Source of the DNA: a virus
Taxonomy: Duplodnaviria > Heunggongvirae > Uroviricota > Caudoviricetes
Virus record (IMG/VR): IMGVR_UViG_3300049211_000031
Span: 946 to 64,945 of that record
Reading direction: 5' to 3' (one strand)
Length of the DNA: 64,000 bases
In this document: positions 52,859 through 62,570 of the stretch, piece after piece
Numbering within the stretch: position 1 is the first letter of the stretch
Layout: every line of letters begins with the position of its first letter
Position numbers and translations under genes: made by a program
The notes under the pieces: model-generated
What the model saw: only the letters and a program-made list of their open reading frames with translations
What the model was told of the DNA's origin: nothing
Database searches by the model: none

Positions 52859-55438
52859 ATGGCTTGTACTTATGTCGTAAAAAATAGTGCTGGAGAGGAA
52901 ATCTCATTTAATAGTCAAGGGGAAGCTCTTCAATATCTCAAGGATAATAATATAGCTGAGTCTAGCGTTAAAGGAGAACCTGCACGTAACACTGCTACGT
53001 TAGCTAATGTGTTACGTCAAGTAGCTTTTGGAGAAAATAATTATTCTCCTGAACAACTGCGTGTCTTCCAAGAACAAATGTTGGATGAGTTTATAAGAAT
53101 GGAAGAACAATCTCAGTTCTTCTATAAGATGGGTAGTCCCATTGCCCTTACAAAAGGTTTGGGAAAGAGCTTTGATCAGATGGCAGGAGTTGTTAAAAAT
53201 CTTACTGATCTTGGTATTGGACTTCCTGCTGATACTGAAATAGATGCTCCGTTTGATGTGCGATATCTTCTTTCAGGAGAAGACAGATATAGATCTGCTG
53301 ATCAAAATCCTTATTATCATAAGATTACTGCGAATAACATTAAGATAATGAAGGATGTTTATTCTTTGAGTAAGACAATGTTTATGGAGCAAGCTCCTTC
53401 CTTTATGAATATATCAGATAGAGTGATATCAAATCTTAAAGGAGGTCTGGCTGATGACATTGATAAAGTGAGAGAGATTAAAGATGATTTGGCAGCCTTC
53501 TTACAAATAGCTGCTTACAAACAGTGGATAGACGTAAATGATAAGAAAACAAGTACATTACATAACAGTCTTATTTATGATACTGAAGGAACTACTTCTA
53601 CTGTTGTAGATATTGTTAAAGAAGCTATTGCACTCTCTCCTGATAATACTTTCTTAAAATTTATTCTCCCTGTAAGCACCACTGTAAAAATAGGAAAAAG
53701 AAAGGTAAGAAACATAAATAATAAGGATATTATTAATACTATCGAAGGTAAAACTCGTGGTAAAATAGAACCAGACCTTATTGCTAACATGATGGACTCA
53801 TTCTCAGAACTTTATCTAAATCCTAGAACTCAATATCATGCTAAAGCACTATTTGATTACCTTATAGTGAAAGATGGTTTGATGTATAGAAATAAGTCGT
53901 TTATTAAAATGATTCCTACATTCATGTTCAAGGAGATGTCTAATGCTACTGATCTAGCTACAGAACTTCTCTCCCTTTCTCAAAGAGCTGAATTTAGTAG
54001 GTTTCTTAGAAAGATAGACACTCTGGAAATAGTAGATTCTGAAGGAAACTATAGAAGCTATTTCTCAGATGCTGATAGACAGCAATTCAATGATCTGTTT
54101 AGAAATAATGACCTTTTAGGTATAAAAAATAAATTATATGAAAAAGTTTTTGGTCTTAACTACAATCAACTTTATAATAGGTTTGAACAGATTTATGCTA
54201 CAGATGCCCGGTATCAGTTTAATTTGGAGCTAATTAGGACTAAGGTAAAACCTGCGACAGGTCCAGCAAGGACGGCTAACGGTATAGCCTTTGCGGAGGA
54301 TGCTGGAGTTCGTTATTTACACGTAGGTATGTTTACTGAGAAATTTAGAGCTACAGAAGAAGGTAGTGAAGAAAGATCTAAAGTGTTTAGGGAAACAATG
54401 GAAGATCTTGCTGCGGCTGGATTTAACAGTGTAAAAGTTGGGGAAGATAAAACAAATCTTCAATTTAAGAAATTTATTCGTATAAGAAGAAGTGCAGGAA
54501 CATCACCTACAGGGGAACAAAAAATTGTATATGTTACGTATCAACTTGTAAATGTTGAAAGACAAGGAGCAAATAATAGAACACAAGCTTTCTCAGGAGC
54601 AGCTATGACTGCAGAAGGTGAGTCTATTCCTAGAGGTGTTTATGCTGTTTATGCTCCTGTAGATATTGTAGGTACATCAAACTCTACAGGCGTAGCTAAT
54701 TTAGGACCGCGTCCTACAAAAGAACAAGTGATTCAAACTCTCAATAATAAGTTAAGAGGTGGTGGACAAAATCCTCCAGCAGCACCTACTACTGAGCCTT
54801 CTGGTCCTACTGGTGGTACACCTATAAGCGGTGGAACCTATTCAGGACAAATAACTTCTCTTAGTGAGAATCAAGTATTTGTGTTTGGTTCTAATCCACT
54901 AGGTGTAAATGGAAATCCTGATAAAGGAACTGGTGGAGCAGCTCTTTCAGCTCTTAAAAATGGATGGGTGAAACAAGGTGAGAAAATGGACAATAAGGTG
55001 TCTGATTCTGGGAAGGCTTATGGTTTAACAACCGTAACTGCTCCCGGAACTAAAAGAAGTATGACTGCTGAACAGATAACAAGCGGCATTGAGAAACTCT
55101 ACAAACTTGCTTATGGTAACCCTCAGAAACAATTCCTTATAGCTTATATGGGTAAGACAGGAAATAATCTGAATGGGTATTCTAACCAAGAGCTTGCAGA
55201 TATGTTCTCAGCATTTGTTATTCCACCAAATATTATTTTTGAGAAAGACTTTAATACACTAATTACTAGAAAGACTCCTACTTCTAAAACAGAATCAACA
55301 GGAATAGTACAAGGAGGTATATTTGGAGGAATGCAACAAATGCCTTTTGATCCTAATGATCTTTCAGGATTTGATGCAGGTTTTTTTACTGATAGTAGTA
55401 GTATTGATGACACATTAGACAAACTAGATGACTGTTAA
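52859..55438 (+). CDS. cargo protein with C-terminal divergent macro-like (VFVFGSN...GGAA) domain
   Basis: QVFVFGSN..G.....GGAA...AYGLTT...NP.KQFL motif. Confidence 0.75.
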   Translation: MACTYVVKNSAGEEISFNSQGEALQYLKDNNIAESSVKGEPARNTATLANVLRQVAFGENNYSPEQLRVFQEQMLDEFIRMEEQSQFFYKMGSPIALTKGLGKSFDQMAGVVKNLTDLGIGLPADTEIDAPFDVRYLLSGEDRYRSADQNPYYHKITANNIKIMKDVYSLSKTMFMEQAPSFMNISDRVISNLKGGLADDIDKVREIKDDLAAFLQIAAYKQWIDVNDKKTSTLHNSLIYDTEGTTSTVVDIVKEAIALSPDNTFLKFILPVSTTVKIGKRKVRNINNKDIINTIEGKTRGKIEPDLIANMMDSFSELYLNPRTQYHAKALFDYLIVKDGLMYRNKSFIKMIPTFMFKEMSNATDLATELLSLSQRAEFSRFLRKIDTLEIVDSEGNYRSYFSDADRQQFNDLFRNNDLLGIKNKLYEKVFGLNYNQLYNRFEQIYATDARYQFNLELIRTKVKPATGPARTANGIAFAEDAGVRYLHVGMFTEKFRATEEGSEERSKVFRETMEDLAAAGFNSVKVGEDKTNLQFKKFIRIRRSAGTSPTGEQKIVYVTYQLVNVERQGANNRTQAFSGAAMTAEGESIPRGVYAVYAPVDIVGTSNSTGVANLGPRPTKEQVIQTLNNKLRGGGQNPPAAPTTEPSGPTGGTPISGGTYSGQITSLSENQVFVFGSNPLGVNGNPDKGTGGAALSALKNGWVKQGEKMDNKVSDSGKAYGLTTVTAPGTKRSMTAEQITSGIEKLYKLAYGNPQKQFLIAYMGKTGNNLNGYSNQELADMFSAFVIPPNIIFEKDFNTLITRKTPTSKTESTGIVQGGIFGGMQQMPFDPNDLSGFDAGFFTDSSSIDDTLDKLDDC

Positions 55439-55440
55439 AT

Positions 55441-58400
55441 ATGAAATGTAGCGTAATAAGAAATAGTAATAATGAAATTCAACAAGTATTGGCTTCAAAT
55501 GGTGAGGAGTCAATACTTTTTAATATCCTTGATAGAGTATTGAATGATAAGGAAAAGGCTCTAAGACTATGGGCTACCACTTATACTCCTGACTTCAAGA
55601 AGAAATTCAAAGGAGAACGAGATGAGAATGGCGAACCTCTTTTAAGAGAGATTTCCTCTATGGTTGAAATGGATAATCCTAATGCTAGTGACAGCATCTA
55701 TTTTCAGAAAGGAGATAACTCTTCATTTGAACTATTCGGAAAGATTCAAACAATTGCTCAGAAGCTAAATAACAGATTCAATATTCCCTATAGTATTATT
55801 AATGATCCCAGCAATCCTAATAGAGGATGGTTTGGGGTTAATGGTGTGGTTATTAATTTAGCTCATGCTAAGAAAGATACAGTGTTTCATGAATATTTAC
55901 ACCCATTTATTCTAGCTGTACAACAGCAGAATCCCTTTCTTTATAAAGACTTATTAGTTCAACTTAGCAGTGATTTAGAAGGAATTAAAGTAATAGGTGA
56001 AGTAACTAGAAAATATCCTGAGCTTACTAAAGAGCAACAAATGAATGAAGCTTTAGTAGAGTATTTAGGAAAACTATCAGCTCAAAAATATAACACTCCA
56101 AAATCTCCTTTTAATCGTTTTATTAACTGGTTAAAATCTTTATTTAAGAAGATACAAATTGATCCTAAGAACTTTAGGATTGATATGACTCTTGATGAAG
56201 TTGCTGATTTAATAGTAGATGATATTTATGTAGCCGACTTACGAGCTATTCTTCAAGATGCTAAGATACAAACGGTATATCAAAAGCCTGACACAGACTT
56301 AACATATGAGTCTGTTTATCAAAGAATTAAAGATAAAGTATCTATCCTAAACAGAACAATTAAGAATAGAAAGAAAGGTGACCAATTTAAGGAAGATATT
56401 AGTGTGCTTAATGAAATCATCCAAAATCAGGATGAGATAACGTCTATAAATAACTTTATATCAAACTCAATATACTATATTGACGCAGCTAAGAAAAGAT
56501 TTGAGACTTTAAGAGATTCTGTAAGAAAAGCTGATCAGCTAACAAAGGATCAACTTTCTTATAATTTGAATATTCTTGGTGAAATTCAGCAGCTTTTGAA
56601 CGTATACAACTCATTAGATAGTGTCAAATCTCTTTTGTTTAGGGAGGGTATTGGATACGACAATCCAAGATTTCAAGAACTTGCTACAGCTATAGATCAA
56701 AAAAATCAGATTATTGAGGATTTTAAATCATTCAGCCTCACCTATCTAACAGAATGGTTATTTCCATATCTTGAGCCTACAAATAGAAACTTAGAAGCTC
56801 AAGGCAAACAAAACATGATGATTACTAAAGATCAATTCAGAGAGCAATTAGTAATGGCTTTAAGAGATATTTCTGCTGCTGGATATTGGTTAGGTACAAC
56901 TATCAATAGTCGTGATCCTGTATCTGCTGCCGTAGGATTGGCTCTTAAAGATGTGGTGTATGATAATCATCTAAAAGACCTTGATACAAAGAAAGAGCTT
57001 ACAAATGAATATGAAAGGGCAAGAGGTTCAGCTCTTTACAAAAGCTCCAAAGACGAAGAGACTTTTAACAAAGAGTTCTTAAGAGAAGTTGAAGTATGGG
57101 AGAAAGTGGGAGTTGATCCTGAAACAGGTGAAGATAAATATGATTACAGAAGACGTTTAGCCTTTTATCAAGAGTACCAACTGGATCAATTTGACAAGGC
57201 CAAGAAAGAATTTTATAGACAACTTGGGCCTAAACCTACTAACGATGCAAAAGCTTTAAGAGCTTGGAACAAAGCCCAAAGTGAATGGTATGCTCAGAAT
57301 ACACAAATTCACCCTGATTATCAAAGAATTATAAGTGAGAAAAGAAGAACTCTTACTAAGAGACAATTTGAAGAGTGGTGGTTAACAAATACTAAAGAGA
57401 TAGATGAATTGGATTATGGATATGGTAGAAAACTCTCTCATTATTATGGAAGAAGAGTATTACAGAACTCTTTTAACCCAACAAAAGGAACATTTCGTGC
57501 TCTTTCCGGTGAGCTTATTAGGCCTGCGGAAAAATACAAGGATAGGAAGTTTTCTACTCTTATGAATAATGCTTATTATAGGAAACTCTATAATTCTTAT
57601 AAAGAAGCTAATGACAAACTTGGAAGTTTTGGACTTAAATATGGTATTATTCCACAGCTATCTAAAGGACAAAATGCTTTTTCTGATTTAGAATGGAAAG
57701 ATGGAGTTAAGAAAAATCTAGGGAAAGCCTGGAAAGGAGTGAAGGATTCTATTACGGCTAACTTTGATGAGGAAAAAACTGTTCAAAGACAAGATGGTGC
57801 TGAGGTTAAGAAAGTGCCGGTTTACTACACAACAATGTTAAATCCAAGTGATCTTAAACTAGATTTACTTGAAGGTGTTCTAAAGTATAGTCAGATGGCA
57901 AATAACTACTCTACTATGACTGAAATTGAGCCTAATATTATTGTTCTTAAAACTGTACTTAATGGAGACTTTAATCTAGGTATTAAAGGTAGAGATGTAG
58001 CTAAAACAAACTCTAAGGGTATTCAAGTATTCAATGCTATTACTAAGAAAGTGGTTCCTAAGATGGCGCGTGAAGACATGCTGAATAATCGTTTAAACGA
58101 GTTTATTAATGACATTGTTTACGGAGATGCAGAGTTTGAACAAGCTATTAATATGGGTGGAAGAGAAGTATCTTTAAACAAGCTATCTAATAAGGTGGCA
58201 CTACTTACAGCATTACAAAACATGGCGGTTAACGTAAATGGAGGTATAAGTAACGTTATTGTAGGTAACTTTAACAATACTATTGAAGCTATGGGTAGAC
58301 GCTTCTATTCAGCAAAAGACTATGCTTGGGCTCAAGGAGTATACGCTAGGGAGCTTCCTTCTCTAGTAGCTGAAACAGTTGGAAAGGGAGATTCTTTTCT

Positions 58401-59397
58401 AAACAAACTAGCAGATCACTATGATGTTCCTCAAGGTGAATTTAAGGATCATTATGGAGAAAATGTTTCTAAGGGAACATTCAATAAATTAATGAAAACC
58501 AGCACTTTATTCTTTTTACAGAAAGGGGGTGAACATCAGATTCAGGTGACAGGAATGCTTTCTTTAATGCACTCTGTTAAATTAACTGATTCTAAAACAG
58601 GAGAGCAAACAAGTCTTTATGCTGCTATGAAAGAGACCAATGGAAATCTCGATGAAATGGCGTCAAAATTTGGATGGAGTGTAGAAGACGATAAAGCTTT
58701 TAGAAATAGGTTACATGCTGTTGTTAAAAATCTACAAGGTGTGTATAATAGTTTTGATAAAGCTATGTTATCAAGACGTTGGTATGGTAAACTAGCACTT
58801 ATGTTTCGTAAATATCTTTTTAAAGCTATGCAGTCAAGATGGGGTGAGAAGTATGTAGATTATGAGCTTGGAACAGATGATGGTGGATATTGGAGAGAAT
58901 TTATGAGTAAGTTTTATAAAGATGTTAAAGAGTATAAATGGGGAGCTATTCAAAGAATGTGGACTAAAGATGGATATGATGAGTTTCAGAAATCAGCTAT
59001 TAATAAATCTTTATATGAATTTAGTGTTATCTTAGCTACATTTGTTCTTATAGGACTTATTGGAAGTGGAGATGAGGATGACAAGTGGTTAGATAATGAA
59101 ATGCAACTTCAACTTACACGGTTTAGTGCAGATATTACTCAGTATATCAATCCATCAGACTTTATTCGTGTGATTCGTAATCCTGCAGCTTCTATTAACA
59201 TGATGGAAAAATGGATAAGTTGGTTTACTCAGATATTTAGTCCATTTGAAGAGTATGAAAGGGCTTCTGGCATAGCTGAAAAAGGAGATAATAAGCTGTA
59301 TATTAAGACGTTAAAACTAATGCCTGTTGTTAGGCAACTCATTAATTTTCTAACCCCGGAAGAGCAAATTAAATTCTATAAACTTACTGGTAGATAA
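55441..59397 (+). CDS. large cargo protein with N-terminal HExxH zincin-like domain
   Basis: FHEYLHPF at 55888; 1318 aa, largely helical. Confidence 0.78.
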   Translation: MKCSVIRNSNNEIQQVLASNGEESILFNILDRVLNDKEKALRLWATTYTPDFKKKFKGERDENGEPLLREISSMVEMDNPNASDSIYFQKGDNSSFELFGKIQTIAQKLNNRFNIPYSIINDPSNPNRGWFGVNGVVINLAHAKKDTVFHEYLHPFILAVQQQNPFLYKDLLVQLSSDLEGIKVIGEVTRKYPELTKEQQMNEALVEYLGKLSAQKYNTPKSPFNRFINWLKSLFKKIQIDPKNFRIDMTLDEVADLIVDDIYVADLRAILQDAKIQTVYQKPDTDLTYESVYQRIKDKVSILNRTIKNRKKGDQFKEDISVLNEIIQNQDEITSINNFISNSIYYIDAAKKRFETLRDSVRKADQLTKDQLSYNLNILGEIQQLLNVYNSLDSVKSLLFREGIGYDNPRFQELATAIDQKNQIIEDFKSFSLTYLTEWLFPYLEPTNRNLEAQGKQNMMITKDQFREQLVMALRDISAAGYWLGTTINSRDPVSAAVGLALKDVVYDNHLKDLDTKKELTNEYERARGSALYKSSKDEETFNKEFLREVEVWEKVGVDPETGEDKYDYRRRLAFYQEYQLDQFDKAKKEFYRQLGPKPTNDAKALRAWNKAQSEWYAQNTQIHPDYQRIISEKRRTLTKRQFEEWWLTNTKEIDELDYGYGRKLSHYYGRRVLQNSFNPTKGTFRALSGELIRPAEKYKDRKFSTLMNNAYYRKLYNSYKEANDKLGSFGLKYGIIPQLSKGQNAFSDLEWKDGVKKNLGKAWKGVKDSITANFDEEKTVQRQDGAEVKKVPVYYTTMLNPSDLKLDLLEGVLKYSQMANNYSTMTEIEPNIIVLKTVLNGDFNLGIKGRDVAKTNSKGIQVFNAITKKVVPKMAREDMLNNRLNEFINDIVYGDAEFEQAINMGGREVSLNKLSNKVALLTALQNMAVNVNGGISNVIVGNFNNTIEAMGRRFYSAKDYAWAQGVYARELPSLVAETVGKGDSFLNKLADHYDVPQGEFKDHYGENVSKGTFNKLMKTSTLFFLQKGGEHQIQVTGMLSLMHSVKLTDSKTGEQTSLYAAMKETNGNLDEMASKFGWSVEDDKAFRNRLHAVVKNLQGVYNSFDKAMLSRRWYGKLALMFRKYLFKAMQSRWGEKYVDYELGTDDGGYWREFMSKFYKDVKEYKWGAIQRMWTKDGYDEFQKSAINKSLYEFSVILATFVLIGLIGSGDEDDKWLDNEMQLQLTRFSADITQYINPSDFIRVIRNPAASINMMEKWISWFTQIFSPFEEYERASGIAEKGDNKLYIKTLKLMPVVRQLINFLTPEEQIKFYKLTGR

Positions 59398-59539
59398 TGC
59401 TATTAGAGTTCTTAAATGAACTCTAACTACTTCATTTCTAATAAAAAAAGCATATATTTGTGCCTAGCGAGCAATTGCTGGGCTCTTTTATTTCTTTTAT
59501 TTAGAGCTGGATTTTTTAATAATAAAAAATTGATAATAT

Positions 59540-59845
59540 ATGGCTCAAGGAGATTTTCTACTTGTCTTGGATCAAATTGCGCGTAATACGCGTATTACTG
59601 CAAATACCCTCTGTGGCACTCCCTCTCTAGCTTCCATTACTGGCGGAACGGGAAATATTCCCTATGGATTTAACTCTGTTAGTATTACAGCTACAACAGT
59701 TCCTGCAACAATTACTTTCGCTGATGCAACAACTTACACTCTTAGTACAGTAGGGGAAACTCTTCCTATTTCTGCTGCTGAAGGTGGGAGGTTACCTGCA
59801 TTTACTATTTCTGCTGGAGCAGTTAAGTGGATAGGTATAAAATAA
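59540..59845 (+). CDS. small beta-rich structural/hypothetical protein
   Basis: ORF track. Confidence 0.65.
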   Translation: MAQGDFLLVLDQIARNTRITANTLCGTPSLASITGGTGNIPYGFNSVSITATTVPATITFADATTYTLSTVGETLPISAAEGGRLPAFTISAGAVKWIGIK

Positions 59846-59885
59846 TCTATCATATGTATGTATGAGAAAAGGAGAGTACATTGAT

Positions 59886-60224
59886 ATGAATTTATTAGAA
59901 TTTCTTAATGATCTCGGGATTGGATGGCGCTATTTACTTAATGGGCTTATTGGGGCTATTGTTTGGTCAATCTATAAGAAACTACGATTAATAGAAGCAC
60001 TTAGACAGATATTAATAGGCTCTATTGTAGCAGGATATATTACTCCGTTAATTGCGTATAAAGAAGCAATCCCTATTGAATATATGGCAGCATTATCCTT
60101 TATCATAGGAATGATGGGAATGATTATAATTGATGGAATTTATAAATATATAGTAGGTAAAGTTCGTGCATTTAGAAAGGGGAAAGAAATTCTAAATGAA
60201 GAATTGGAGAATTCGAAAAATTAG
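59886..60224 (+). CDS. putative holin
   Basis: three hydrophobic segments, basic C-terminus, upstream of lysozyme. Confidence 0.65.
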   Translation: MNLLEFLNDLGIGWRYLLNGLIGAIVWSIYKKLRLIEALRQILIGSIVAGYITPLIAYKEAIPIEYMAALSFIIGMMGMIIIDGIYKYIVGKVRAFRKGKEILNEELENSKN

Positions 60225-60234
60225 TGTATCTTTG
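60203..60234 (+). promoter_or_regulatory. near-canonical Bacteroidota promoter
   Basis: ATTG 60203-06, TATCTTTG 60227-34, 20-nt spacer. Confidence 0.6.
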
Positions 60235-60251
60235 TCACTAAAATCAAAAAT

Positions 60252-60473
60252 ATGAGTATTAAATTAAGTAGAAAAGCAAAAGACATTCTGTTTGTATCTG
60301 GTCTTTTAAGCTGCCTAGTTTTAGCTGTTGGTGGATTTGGTTGGTCAGATTATGCAGATTCTAAGTTCTGGCAAGTAGCATGGAATGTACTCGGTGGTCT
60401 TGGTATCATTGGTTTCTTAGGTGGAATCAAGTGGAAATCAGATCAGAGAGAACCTATTAAACCTGATCAATAA
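60252..60473 (+). CDS. small two-TM membrane protein
   Basis: two hydrophobic segments. Confidence 0.7.
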   Translation: MSIKLSRKAKDILFVSGLLSCLVLAVGGFGWSDYADSKFWQVAWNVLGGLGIIGFLGGIKWKSDQREPIKPDQ

Positions 60474-60883
60474 TGTATTGGCTGGCATTCATAATATCTC
60501 TTGCATTTACACTTCTTCTGTCTGGAAAGGACGCAAGTTCTTTCCTTCTCAGAGGAGTACTGGATTCATATCAAGGAGTGACAAAATCACGTCTTGATAG
60601 GTGGCACAGAGATGGTGTTATAATGCACAGCTTATTTACACTAGTTCTAGCCTGGGCTACAGGACTATGGGTAAGTGCTCCTATCCAAGCACTTCTAATA
60701 AGACTGGGTTTTTACGACCTATCTTTTAACAAGTGGACTTCCTTACCAACAACCTATATTGGAAACACTTCTGGTGTAGATAGAATATTTTTAAAAATAT
60801 TTGGACATAATGGTGCTGTAAAGAAAAGTGCAGCATTTTTAATAATACTATTGTTATGGGGAGTGTTAAGGATATTTTTGTAA
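60473..60883 (+). CDS. multi-TM membrane protein
   Basis: hydrophobic segments; RLGFYD motif. Confidence 0.7.
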   Translation: MYWLAFIISLAFTLLLSGKDASSFLLRGVLDSYQGVTKSRLDRWHRDGVIMHSLFTLVLAWATGLWVSAPIQALLIRLGFYDLSFNKWTSLPTTYIGNTSGVDRIFLKIFGHNGAVKKSAAFLIILLLWGVLRIFL

Positions 60884-61665
60884 AGGTAATTTCAGATAGT
60901 AAGTCAAAATTGTTACTTGCGGGAGCAAGTATTATTCTGCTTTTAGTGCTTCTTAATCATTGGAATTACAAGAGATATAAAGAAGCAAAGCAAAGGATAG
61001 AGAGAGCAGAAAATAACTTAGCTGCTGCTCAAGATACCATAAGAGTAGCAAAAGCTAAGAATGGCGAACTTGAGTATAGTAAGCGTATTTATGTTGTTTC
61101 TACTAAGAGAAAACTCAAGGAATTAAGTGATTCTCTTGCTAAACAATTAGATCTCTCAAAAGGTAATGTTATAGCTATAGAGAATATAGGGTTTAAAATA
61201 AAACATGACACTGTCTCAGTACCTACTACAGTATATGTGAATAAAGAGGATAGTATTATAAAGATAAGATCTCGGATAGATACTACTTATTCTAAGGGTA
61301 ACTTTAGAACAATATCTTTTGAAAGTGAATATAAGGCTAAAGAAGGAAAAGCTTTTAGTCTTCTCACTGAAGATAAAATAGGCTTCACTGCTACTGTAGG
61401 GCTCAAAATAAATGAAAAGAAACAATACGAAATATTCGTTCGTCCTCACTACCCTAATATGACAGTGGGACTCCTAGAAGGAGCGATAATTGAGGATAAT
61501 TTAATTAAAAAAGAGACTAAGATTCCTCTTGTTACGATAGGAGGACATTTAGGCTGGACACCGTTCACCTATGATATTAAGACACAGAAGGCTGATGTTA
61601 ACTTTAATAGAATAGGAGTAAGTGTAGGGCTTAACTTCAACTTAGCTGCAATGCTGAAGAAATGA
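60856..61665 (+). CDS. N-terminally anchored coiled-coil protein (spanin-like candidate)
   Basis: single TM plus coiled coil plus beta C-terminus, in lysis region. Confidence 0.55.
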   Translation: MGSVKDIFVKVISDSKSKLLLAGASIILLLVLLNHWNYKRYKEAKQRIERAENNLAAAQDTIRVAKAKNGELEYSKRIYVVSTKRKLKELSDSLAKQLDLSKGNVIAIENIGFKIKHDTVSVPTTVYVNKEDSIIKIRSRIDTTYSKGNFRTISFESEYKAKEGKAFSLLTEDKIGFTATVGLKINEKKQYEIFVRPHYPNMTVGLLEGAIIEDNLIKKETKIPLVTIGGHLGWTPFTYDIKTQKADVNFNRIGVSVGLNFNLAAMLKK

Positions 61666-61955
61666 GGCAAATTAATAAATCACGACTAGAACTTTATGTA
61701 GAAAATTATCTGAAGACTAAGCCTCCTAGAACACTGCAAGGTCTCAATTACCTACGTAAATCTAGGGCATATATTGATTATGCTCTTTTCTATAACGAGT
61801 GTGATTACTCCGAACCTTTTCTGAATCTATACACTATTCAAGATAATCAGTTTACAAAAACTGTTTATCATATGATAAGAAATATAGGACTTAATTACTA
61901 CAAAAAAAGTTTAGAAAGAACGTCGGAGTTATTAAATAAATACATAAACCAATGA
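61662..61955 (+). CDS. hypothetical protein
   Basis: ORF track, coupled to neighbours. Confidence 0.65.
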   Translation: MRQINKSRLELYVENYLKTKPPRTLQGLNYLRKSRAYIDYALFYNECDYSEPFLNLYTIQDNQFTKTVYHMIRNIGLNYYKKSLERTSELLNKYINQ

Positions 61956-62131
61956 ATATAGAGTTTACACAACAAGATTTACAAAAATTAGACGAATTAA
62001 TTCAACAAACACCTTTCAAATATGCTCTTCCTTTCTTCCAATTTTTTCAGGTGAAGGTAAAGGAGACACAAGATAGGCAGCTTATTTTGGAAGGAAAAGC
62101 TCGAACAGATGGAAATCAAACAGATGGATAA
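61952..62131 (+). CDS. small hypothetical protein, 59 aa, absent from ORF track
   Basis: ATG 61952 to TAA 62131, MNIEFTQQDLQKLDELIQQTPFKY... Confidence 0.65.
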   Translation: MNIEFTQQDLQKLDELIQQTPFKYALPFFQFFQVKVKETQDRQLILEGKARTDGNQTDG

Positions 62132-62558
62132 TAAAGGAATTGAATTCTTAGTTAATGAGGAAGGACTAGTTCTTCATCCATACTTAGATGATGGAGGAGT
62201 TCCTACAATTGGTGTAGGTTGTACTTACTACGAGAATGGTAGCCGCGTCAAGATGACTGATCCTGCAATTTCCAGGGAAAGAGCAATAGAATTGTACAGA
62301 CATATTCTAAAAAACTATGAAACTACTGTTTGGTCTGTTACTAGAGATGACATTTCTCAGAATCAATTTAATGCTCTTACATCTATCTGTTTCAATATTG
62401 GAGTAGGAGCTTTTAAGAAAAGCACACTTCTTAAGCGTGTAAATAATAATCCCAACGATCCCTCTATTAAGGAGGCATTTAAAATGTGGAGATTTGACAA
62501 CGGAAAACCTGTTCTTCTAGGAAGACGCATTAGGGAATCCAAGCTTTATTTTAGTTAA
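62124..62558 (+). CDS. endolysin, GH24 lysozyme
   Basis: EEGLVLHPYLDDGGVPTIGVG (E-x8-D-x5-T triad), QFNALTS..FNIG, RRIRES. Confidence 0.92.
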   Translation: MDNKGIEFLVNEEGLVLHPYLDDGGVPTIGVGCTYYENGSRVKMTDPAISRERAIELYRHILKNYETTVWSVTRDDISQNQFNALTSICFNIGVGAFKKSTLLKRVNNNPNDPSIKEAFKMWRFDNGKPVLLGRRIRESKLYFS

Positions 62559-62570
62559 ATAATTTGATTA

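Noticed and set aside
52780-52860. Frameshift or assembly error splitting the vRNAP from the next ORF
   Set aside because: The gap contains a promoter-like motif shared with 38896-38939 and a well-placed ATG, favouring a genuine gene boundary.
777-61449. Minus-strand ORFs in the track
   Set aside because: All lie antisense to longer plus-strand genes or tRNAs, lack promoters or motifs, and have shadow-like composition.
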